Made by a program: the position numbers and the translations under genes
Notes under the pieces: model-generated
The model's database searches: none
What the model was told of the DNA's origin: nothing
The model's input: only the letters and a program-made list of their open reading frames with translations
In this document: positions 38,232-46,125 of the stretch, piece after piece
Position numbering within the stretch: the stretch's first letter is position 1
Layout of the letters: each line of letters begins with the position of its first letter
IMG/VR virus record: IMGVR_UViG_3300037400_003220
Location: 1-64,000 of that record
Source: a virus
Taxonomy: Duplodnaviria; Caudoviricetes
Direction: 5' to 3' (one strand)
DNA: 64,000 bases

Positions 38232-38810
38232 TTATTTAAGACACTTACTAATTGATTCGGCAATCTTTTTTAACTTTTTCTTTGTTACTACATTCTCCTG
38301 CATTGGCATTGTATTTTGTGGTGCTTCTTCTGCTGGTTGTTCAACCTGTTGCTCATCACTTTCTGACTCGTCATCTGCAGGCTCCTCGTTTGATGCCGTA
38401 TTAATTGCCTTAATCACTTCCTTTTTTGTTGCTTCGCTAGCATTTTTTAATGCTGCTTTGACAATCATTTTTGCTGCATACTTGTTAAGACCTTCATCTT
38501 CATTTTCGTTATTGTAGTTGTTTAACGTCGTCGATAATTTGCCAGTTAACTGTTGTATGTATTTTTTTGGGTCTGTATCTTCGTCGGCTTCAACACCAGC
38601 ATCAAAATTTGTATCAAATTGGCTTTGGCCGTTGTCTTGAGACATATCTTCCATTGGTGGCATTCCTCCCTGGTCTTGCATCATTGGGTCTCCGCCCATC
38701 GCCTGAGGGTCCATCGGTGGCATACCGTCCATTGGCATGTCTTGAGGTTGTTGTCCCATACTAGGATCGGTTGGAGGCATCTGTCCTTGGTCTCCGCCAA
38801 CCTTTAGCAT
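38232..38810 (-). CDS. core-like protein, probably the -1 frameshift extension of 38825..40318
   Basis: M/P/Q-rich low-complexity region, then a helical domain; in-frame upstream sequence SLSEGRT runs into the A7 run. Confidence 0.65.
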   Translation of the reverse strand: MLKVGGDQGQMPPTDPSMGQQPQDMPMDGMPPMDPQAMGGDPMMQDQGGMPPMEDMSQDNGQSQFDTNFDAGVEADEDTDPKKYIQQLTGKLSTTLNNYNNENEDEGLNKYAAKMIVKAALKNASEATKKEVIKAINTASNEEPADDESESDEQQVEQPAEEAPQNTMPMQENVVTKKKLKKIAESISKCLK

Positions 38811-38824
38811 GGTTCTACCCTCAC

Positions 38825-40318
38825 TTAGGCTTTTTTTGACTTTTTGCCCTCTTGAAGTCTACTTTTAATACCATCAAGTACTAAATCAACTACTTTCTCG
38901 AAAGGATCGCTGCTACCAATTTTTTGACCGTAAGGTTGTTCACCCTTAGCAGAATCGTCGTTCCAATCTTTCTCAGCAGTACCTGCTAATACTTCTTTGT
39001 TTGCTGGTGTTGACATTGGTTGTTTGCGATAACGTGGATGTTTGCCCCATGCGTCCAATTTTGTAATTTCTTCAGCCACAATTCTATCAATAGCCTCTTT
39101 TAATGTTTCTGGCTTTTTGCATTCGCATTTTTCTTTACCGCATTTTGGACAAACTTCTGCTTTTTCTTCCTTACTTTCGCATTTTCCTTCACAAAGTTTA
39201 TTAACAACAGCATTTGTGATTCTATCTACAGCCTCATTAACCTTTTCGTCGTTCCAACCCTGAACATCTAAACCACCATGAGGGCCATCCATAACTTTAT
39301 CTGGGCCTTCGATTTTAGATTCGATATTCTTTTCCTCACCGTGCATAGCCTTCTCAGTTTCCTCAAACTCTCTAATTAAAGTGTCCAACTCGTCGTTTAA
39401 GAAATCACCATCGCCTAACGGTCCATTATCTGGCTCTACATCTACAATTGGTTCTTCTTCAGTGTTAGCAAAATCCTCTAAATCTTCGTCGGATAATTCA
39501 TCATCACCAACTAATGTATCGGCATTAGCGTCGATATCGTCTGCATGGAAATCATCTGGGTTAAACTCAATCCCTTCATTCATTTTAACAGCCTTTGCCC
39601 CAGTTGGATGTTGGTCAGCAACCCCTTCTCCTTCTAAGTCATCATGAGCATCCTTTGGTTCCTCTGCTGTATCAACTTTCTTTGTTTTCATGGCATCAGA
39701 TTCGAGGTCTTTTTCAACGCCGTCAACTTTAGTGTTGTCATCGGCGCTTTCAACTGTAGCAGTTGCCTTAAGATCTTTGTCAAGTTCAGCCTTTGCTGGT
39801 TCCTCGAATGGGTCGCCTTGCTTAGCAGGATCAGTCGCTTTGCCTTTGCTTTCTGGGTCGCCAGTGTTATCTTTTCCGATGGTTTGTGAATTCTCGAATA
39901 TCTGGTGCATTCTATTCAACTCTTTACGGGCCTCTTCGGTCAAAACAGCCAAATTTTTCTTTCCGCGATTAAAATCAACAACAGAAACATCTTCGTGTTT
40001 ACCATAGGCCTCATTCAAACTAATCATCTTAAGTTCGAGTTGTTTAGTTGCCTCATTGTAACTCTTGTAACCGTTTTCGTTACGATAGTTAAATCCGCCA
40101 ATATACTCGTAAGATTCCGCAAGTTTTTCCTTGCCTTGTTCGGTAGTCATGATATAGTACATGTTACCTTCTTTAAGAATACCGTAAACTTTATTATCAG
40201 CGCCAAGTGTATGATATTCTACTTTGTTACTTCTTTTTGACTCATTTACAGGAACTCTGTACCCCATCAAGTACTGCATTCTATCTAATTGAGAGTCGAA
40301 TTTACTGTTATTTGCCAT
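38825..40318 (-). CDS. prohead core/internal protein
   Basis: Acidic low-complexity stretches and many [LIV]xE sites (VNES, LNEA, MNEG, VNEA, LQEG); late motif at 40362-40369. Confidence 0.65.
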   Translation of the reverse strand: MANNSKFDSQLDRMQYLMGYRVPVNESKRSNKVEYHTLGADNKVYGILKEGNMYYIMTTEQGKEKLAESYEYIGGFNYRNENGYKSYNEATKQLELKMISLNEAYGKHEDVSVVDFNRGKKNLAVLTEEARKELNRMHQIFENSQTIGKDNTGDPESKGKATDPAKQGDPFEEPAKAELDKDLKATATVESADDNTKVDGVEKDLESDAMKTKKVDTAEEPKDAHDDLEGEGVADQHPTGAKAVKMNEGIEFNPDDFHADDIDANADTLVGDDELSDEDLEDFANTEEEPIVDVEPDNGPLGDGDFLNDELDTLIREFEETEKAMHGEEKNIESKIEGPDKVMDGPHGGLDVQGWNDEKVNEAVDRITNAVVNKLCEGKCESKEEKAEVCPKCGKEKCECKKPETLKEAIDRIVAEEITKLDAWGKHPRYRKQPMSTPANKEVLAGTAEKDWNDDSAKGEQPYGQKIGSSDPFEKVVDLVLDGIKSRLQEGKKSKKA

Positions 40319-40390
40319 AATTATTATAATAATTTATTTTAGTTATTTGCATTATTTTTACTATAAATACTTTCTAAAATCTAAAAAATA

Positions 40391-42946
40391 CTACTTTATT
40401 GTATTAATTTTATCAAAAGTTATTCTTTTTAAGTCTACTAACTTACCAATATACCCCAAACGCCTAAGTGTTTTGAATATAATATTACCATTTCCTAGTT
40501 CAGATCCATTCTTTAGTGAATCCTTCCTCATTCCTTTTATTTTATCGAATAAACACTTAACTTTTTTGGATAAAATGTCTAATTTCGCCTCATCTTTTTC
40601 TCCATTACACTCATCTTCTAAAGAGTCAATTTTATCGATAATATTTTTAGTTTTATGTGTTATACATTCTTTATCTAATTTTACTGCGGTGAGATTATCT
40701 CTCTCTGGCTCTCTTAACCATTTGTCTTTCTCTAATGAATATACTCCAGAGGCTGTATGTTCTTCACTCTCATCTTGTACATATAATTCAACTGGATAAC
40801 CGTATATTTTTAAATCTTCGTGTTGGTTATTCCAAATTGTCTTCTTTGAATCGAAATAATCTTTTACAAATTCAACCCTGTCATCAACTTCTTTAAAATC
40901 AACTACAATATGTAGATCGATATCTGAAAATTTACTCCAGTTATAATTTGCTAGACTACCAGTCATAATAATATCTTTTGGCTTGACCCAATTTACTTCC
41001 ATTGAATCAAAGAATGTGTCGGCAATATCTAGCAAACGCAATCTAACTCTTGAGTTTAATTTTCCGTTAATCCAGAATTTTGGATTTAATTGTTTTTGGA
41101 CATCGAATGATTGCAAAACATCGCCCAACTCATTATCATCGACAAACTCATCAATGCTTTCCCTAGTTAAAAATGGTATCGTATTTTTATCCTCGTATTC
41201 CGATACGACGTCATCAAAAGTTTCGTCAATTACATGAATATAGTCGCCATCGTCTCCGAGTAATAATTTTTTCTTATTGTAAAAATCAACCATTTCGTTT
41301 AGTTTCTTTTTCTTTATTTCATTATATTCTGAGAATGGTTTCCTCTGTTTATACCCATCATAAAGCCACTCCCTGAAATCATCTATAGAAACCTCTGTTA
41401 CCTTACCAAGTCCTTTCCATCCTTTATTGTAGTTTGATAGATAAGCCTTTTTTGCTTCTTCTTCTGTTTTAAAGCCAAACATAATTTTAGTTTCATCGAA
41501 TTTACCATTAATTACCTGGTCAATAGCAAATATTGTCTTGCAATCTAAATCCTTACCTAAAAATACATCAACGGCATCGCCATCAACCGCCTTTGTATGT
41601 GTGAAATAACCATAGTCGTTATGCATTAGACATTTCCACGCTTTTCCGTTTTTATCTTTACCTTTTCTATAACTACCCTTTGGGTTTTCTATTGCGATTT
41701 CGAAACCATATATATTAACTCTACCCATCTTATAATTACCTGCCTCTTTCTGTCCTTCTGTTGGGGTTGTATTGGTTTCTTTTCTTGCTTTTTCTAATTC
41801 TTTTTTAATATAAGACAATTGAGATTCTGTTAAATATACCTTTTTAGTGGTCATCATTGAATATTCTTCTTTTATTATTTTATCTAACCATTTTTTTACG
41901 CTTTCTAAATGATTTTTACAATCATCCATATCATAATGCCCGCCATTCTTTTTGAACTCGTCGTCTATAACGGCACAACAAATGTCATCATCCTCCATGC
42001 TTTGAGTATGATATATTTCATAGTCGTCTCCGAAAACTTTTTTTAGAATATGCACATAATGCTCGGCCATTTCAAGCGGTTCCTTGTCCTCACCATAATA
42101 TTTAGGTAATTTACCATCTTTAATCATGTCACGAACTGCTTTTCTTACTTTTTCTTCAAGATTTTTATCCACCGATTCGTTAATCACACTCTCATCTACA
42201 TATCTTAATGCATTGTATTGTGCCATTGGCATTTCTTTCCCATTGCTCATAGTTAATTTCTTTCCTAATAATTTATCCCTTGTAAGTCTAAAATCAGCCG
42301 TCGCCTTACTCTTATCCTGTGGAGACATCATGTGAAGAATAGCCTGCTTTGTATTATCCTCAATTTCGTCATCGCCAGGCATAAAACTATTGTATTCTAT
42401 TAGAGGTCTACTTCCGTTAATAATAAAAATTCGTCTATCAAATAAATGACTATCTCGACATACTTGATATACTATTTCATTTGTTAATTCCATAGGATAT
42501 CTGTTCATATACCAAAAACCAAACACCACACAATTTTGATTAATATATGGTACATCAATTATAAAATATCTACCCTTAATAACAAACTCCTCATCCGCAA
42601 AATCCAAATATTTACCAGTTTTGTAATAGTCTTGATTTATGTACTCATCCTCTCTTTTGTATCCTGTAATATCACTTGGCTTATATCCTCTGTTTGCTAA
42701 ATATTCTTGAACCTCTGGCCTTAACTGATCATGGATACTTCCTGGTTCGCCGTAAAACAATTTATTTTCATTTCTAAATCTTAAATAAACAAAAGGAATC
42801 GCGTTATCTTGCATATAGTCTTGTTGCCCACAGAAAAATATTTCATCTGGGGTATTGAAGTTGTTTTTCGAATTCTCTACTGACAACTTAAACAAATCAA
42901 TCATGTTCTTTCTCTTTTGCTTATCGTTTAATTCTAACTTCTTCAT
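40391..42946 (-). CDS. polyprotein: unknown N-terminal modules, InPase-like domain, Pol-beta-type nucleotidyltransferase
   Basis: EAGNYKMG...IAIENPKGSYR...YGYF...DGDAVDVFLG...FDETKIMFGF; TGSLANYNWSKFSDIDLH...VELYVQD. Confidence 0.75.
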   Translation of the reverse strand: MKKLELNDKQKRKNMIDLFKLSVENSKNNFNTPDEIFFCGQQDYMQDNAIPFVYLRFRNENKLFYGEPGSIHDQLRPEVQEYLANRGYKPSDITGYKREDEYINQDYYKTGKYLDFADEEFVIKGRYFIIDVPYINQNCVVFGFWYMNRYPMELTNEIVYQVCRDSHLFDRRIFIINGSRPLIEYNSFMPGDDEIEDNTKQAILHMMSPQDKSKATADFRLTRDKLLGKKLTMSNGKEMPMAQYNALRYVDESVINESVDKNLEEKVRKAVRDMIKDGKLPKYYGEDKEPLEMAEHYVHILKKVFGDDYEIYHTQSMEDDDICCAVIDDEFKKNGGHYDMDDCKNHLESVKKWLDKIIKEEYSMMTTKKVYLTESQLSYIKKELEKARKETNTTPTEGQKEAGNYKMGRVNIYGFEIAIENPKGSYRKGKDKNGKAWKCLMHNDYGYFTHTKAVDGDAVDVFLGKDLDCKTIFAIDQVINGKFDETKIMFGFKTEEEAKKAYLSNYNKGWKGLGKVTEVSIDDFREWLYDGYKQRKPFSEYNEIKKKKLNEMVDFYNKKKLLLGDDGDYIHVIDETFDDVVSEYEDKNTIPFLTRESIDEFVDDNELGDVLQSFDVQKQLNPKFWINGKLNSRVRLRLLDIADTFFDSMEVNWVKPKDIIMTGSLANYNWSKFSDIDLHIVVDFKEVDDRVEFVKDYFDSKKTIWNNQHEDLKIYGYPVELYVQDESEEHTASGVYSLEKDKWLREPERDNLTAVKLDKECITHKTKNIIDKIDSLEDECNGEKDEAKLDILSKKVKCLFDKIKGMRKDSLKNGSELGNGNIIFKTLRRLGYIGKLVDLKRITFDKINTIK

Positions 42947-43042
42947 TGCAAAACACAATATTCTACATAATAAATATAAATCAAAAACAAAAAAAGGGAA
43001 GATAAACTTCCCAATTTTACTGAATTTTAAGATAATAACTTA

Positions 43043-43426
43043 TTAAACCAATGTTCTTAAGTAATTCCATTTATTTATATTTTGCATGTAGTCGTCCAAG
43101 ATATTCTGTAATCCAGCACATTCTGCGTCGTCACCTACAAAATTCTTAAACTCTATCAAATCTGTTTTCATTTCTTTTAACAACGCATCTAATGTTTTTG
43201 AATTAGGAAGCATAGTCTTTAAATCCCCAATACCAAATCTAGTATCTAATATTCCCATCACACATTCGGATATTTCGTCCTCAACTTTCAATACCTCTTC
43301 ATCAATTTCATCAGTTAATATATGTAAAGCATGATGTGTTGCTGACCAATGAAGCATTTTTAGTTGGGAATGATACCCTTCTAACATGCATAAAAAATCT
43401 ATTGTCTTATTTTTAATATCTTTCAT
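43043..43426 (-). CDS. ferritin/Dps-like four-helix protein (DUF5856-like)
   Basis: LKMLHWSATHHALHILTDE...EDEISECVMG pattern. Confidence 0.6.
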   Translation of the reverse strand: MKDIKNKTIDFLCMLEGYHSQLKMLHWSATHHALHILTDEIDEEVLKVEDEISECVMGILDTRFGIGDLKTMLPNSKTLDALLKEMKTDLIEFKNFVGDDAECAGLQNILDDYMQNINKWNYLRTLV

Positions 43427-43446
43427 ATGTTACTTCTTTTTTTGTT

Positions 43447-44460
43447 TTAATATTCATCTTCATTATTATCAAAACTAACCCATTCTTCATCCTCAAACCA
43501 TTGTAACCACTGATTAATTGTGTCTTCGTCGACCCACTGGAAAATACAGTCTAACATCTGTTGTGCACCAATTCTTTCTTCTACTTGATTCCACTTATCA
43601 ACTATTTCGTTGTCCATTGTCCCTTCATTAAGCGCTCTCATAATACTTTCTTTAATGAGTTGTTTTAATTGGTCTTCTTTAATTGTAGTTTTCTTTGATT
43701 CAACAACATATGATAATGGGTCTTTACCATTAGTGATATATTCCTCTATTCTGTTTGCTATTTTCTGGTAGGTTTGATTCTTGTTGTCTTTTTTAAACTG
43801 TCTCAAAATATCCCTAAATCCAACATTGTGGCCTCCACCTTCTGAACTTCCACCAACCCAGAATGGAATTCTTGCTTGTATTGCTCTTAACACAGCTTCA
43901 TCGTGAATAATTTCATCTGGAGCAATATTTAATGCATCACCTAAGTCTAATAATTTATTCTTGATGAGTTCAAGGTGCTCGTTGTCAAATTTCTTTGTGT
44001 TTTTAAGAATATATTGTATTTCTCTTACTGGGATTCTTATTTTTTGTACGTTATCATAAACATTAGCAAACTCTTCTTTGTTCTTACCAAATCTATTAGT
44101 ATCGGTAAAAATAGCGCCACCAGCAATGTTTTTCTTAGCCAAATACATATCTGTATTTCGTATAAATTGCTGCATTTTCTTAATTGACTCATCTCCTGGA
44201 ACTTCCCTACCGTTAATTAAAAAACGAGTTCTTAAGTCCTCGATGATGTTATTAATAGTATCGACTTGCTTTGGATTTTTATTGTTAGCATCCATTTGTT
44301 TTTGTAAAGCGGTCTTTTTTGCCTTCTTTACTGGTTCTTGCAAGCCTTGTTCAGCGGCTCTCTTCGCCATAATTTCTTTTTTCCTCTGGGCATCCTCCCT
44401 TCTTTGCTGTGCAAATTCGTATTCGTCCCAGCTTGTAAATCTTTCGTTAACGTTAGCCAT
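43447..44460 (-). CDS. hypothetical two-module protein with internal tag
   Basis: VVESKKTTIKEDQLKQLIKESIMRALNEG precedes a short acidic C-terminal module. Confidence 0.65.
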   Translation of the reverse strand: MANVNERFTSWDEYEFAQQRREDAQRKKEIMAKRAAEQGLQEPVKKAKKTALQKQMDANNKNPKQVDTINNIIEDLRTRFLINGREVPGDESIKKMQQFIRNTDMYLAKKNIAGGAIFTDTNRFGKNKEEFANVYDNVQKIRIPVREIQYILKNTKKFDNEHLELIKNKLLDLGDALNIAPDEIIHDEAVLRAIQARIPFWVGGSSEGGGHNVGFRDILRQFKKDNKNQTYQKIANRIEEYITNGKDPLSYVVESKKTTIKEDQLKQLIKESIMRALNEGTMDNEIVDKWNQVEERIGAQQMLDCIFQWVDEDTINQWLQWFEDEEWVSFDNNEDEY

Positions 44461-44553
44461 ATTATATATTTTTCAATTTAAAGCATTATTTTAATTATAA
44501 ATATTGATAAATGGATAAAAAAGATGTATTTATTATAAAATAAAAGTAAAAAA

Positions 44554-46083
44554 ATGTATAGTAAAGCAACATATATAAAACCATATCTTAAAAAGTTCAT
44601 AAGAGTATTGGGTATAGAAAATGTTGGAACACTTAATAAGCCAAAGATGAATGTAGTCTATGCAATACTCGCTAATAATAACATTAGGCCAATTGATAGG
44701 AATAAATATGGTGTACCATTATTTCAGTATAGAGACTTGGATGGATTAAACGATTTGAGTATTTCATATGGATTCCGCAAGTGGAAAGATGACATGTTGA
44801 AAAAAGATATAGAAATGAGCATGAGAGATAATAAAAAAGTACATACACAAAGAAAGCAAAAAAAACCAGATACACAAACAACAATCTCTTTTGTTGACGA
44901 AAGAGATGAACAATTATACGAAAGTTTATTTGGTAGAAAAGTGTATTTCACAGAAAGTCAGATAAAAAATATTGTTGATAAAGAGAAGTACATCGAAAAC
45001 GACTACAATGAAAAGTGGGAGAGACAAGATATAAATTCTGATATATTCAAAACAATTAAATCAAAGTTAGATTTTGATAATAACTCAAATTTAGGCCTTG
45101 CTGATGTAGCAAAAGTTGTTGGAGGAGAGTGTACAGAGCCAGGCGACACACCAAATTATATCGCATTCATTAGAGGAGGTCTTAATGGTAGTGGTGATTG
45201 GAAGGACTATCTGACGGATATGATTACAATTATCAAAAAAATTAATGGTAGTTATATTATTGATTTGGACGTTGATGTACCAGACGACGTATGGACTCTT
45301 AAATTAGGCTTCTATAAAGAAAAATTAAATGAGGGCGCAAGTGGATACGAACCAGAGGATAGTGACTCATACTTCGATTTATGCTATGAGTTGTCTGAAA
45401 ATATATTTGAAGGCTTATTAAAACATATTGACAAAAATCTCAAAGTAAAAAACGACAATGCAATATACACATATCTCGGAATAATCAACCATATGTTAAA
45501 GGTAAATGAGTTACACGCTCCTTTACGTTATGAGAACAAAGATTTAGGCAAGGACGAACGTCTCGGAGTAAAGATAATCAAGAAATGCATAGAAGGATAC
45601 AATTATTTATTTTCGGATAAAAAAGAAAATAGACAGGGGTGGAAAGACTTCAAAGAATATAAACGCAGTCTAACTATACAGTACAAAATTTTCAAAGAAT
45701 TGATGAAAATGTTAAATTATGATTCAGATGTTGATATTGTGTTAACAGAACCATATCATTTAAGGGAATCAAAAAACTTTGTTGAGCCACAAAAAGTATT
45801 GGTTGTTAAAAAATTCTTGGATGATAACTTTGTTAGGGCCGCAATTCCAACAATAGGCGAAGATGGATATTCTAAAACAATATTAATCGTTGGAATGAAA
45901 GGGACTGACGGCCAGGTAAATAGAAATATGTATGCACAGCAACTGTTTGATTTACTACAAGATAAGTTTCAAAATATTTACCTAGATAAAGAAAAACGAG
46001 ATAATTTCTTAAAACGAGTTATGAAAGACTGGTACGATAAGAAAATATCAAAAGACGGTTTATTAAGTGTAAACACATTTTAA
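44554..46083 (+). CDS. hypothetical multi-module protein with internal tags
   Basis: QLYESLFGRKVYFTESQIKNIV, KLNEGAS, HLRESK separate apparent modules. Confidence 0.65.
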   Translation: MYSKATYIKPYLKKFIRVLGIENVGTLNKPKMNVVYAILANNNIRPIDRNKYGVPLFQYRDLDGLNDLSISYGFRKWKDDMLKKDIEMSMRDNKKVHTQRKQKKPDTQTTISFVDERDEQLYESLFGRKVYFTESQIKNIVDKEKYIENDYNEKWERQDINSDIFKTIKSKLDFDNNSNLGLADVAKVVGGECTEPGDTPNYIAFIRGGLNGSGDWKDYLTDMITIIKKINGSYIIDLDVDVPDDVWTLKLGFYKEKLNEGASGYEPEDSDSYFDLCYELSENIFEGLLKHIDKNLKVKNDNAIYTYLGIINHMLKVNELHAPLRYENKDLGKDERLGVKIIKKCIEGYNYLFSDKKENRQGWKDFKEYKRSLTIQYKIFKELMKMLNYDSDVDIVLTEPYHLRESKNFVEPQKVLVVKKFLDDNFVRAAIPTIGEDGYSKTILIVGMKGTDGQVNRNMYAQQLFDLLQDKFQNIYLDKEKRDNFLKRVMKDWYDKKISKDGLLSVNTF

Positions 46084-46110
46084 TGGAATTCGAATGAGTT
46101 CCATTTTTTT
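46082..46110 (+). terminator. intrinsic terminator
   Basis: AATGGAATTC-GAAT-GAGTTCCATT plus T tract. Confidence 0.75.
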
Positions 46111-46120
46111 TGTATATTTG
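46108..46120 (+). promoter_or_regulatory. Bacteroidetes sigma-A-like -7 element (TAnnTTTG)
   Basis: TTTTGTATATTTG before uvrD; identical copy at 48828-48840 before clpX. Confidence 0.6.
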
Positions 46121-46125
46121 TACGT

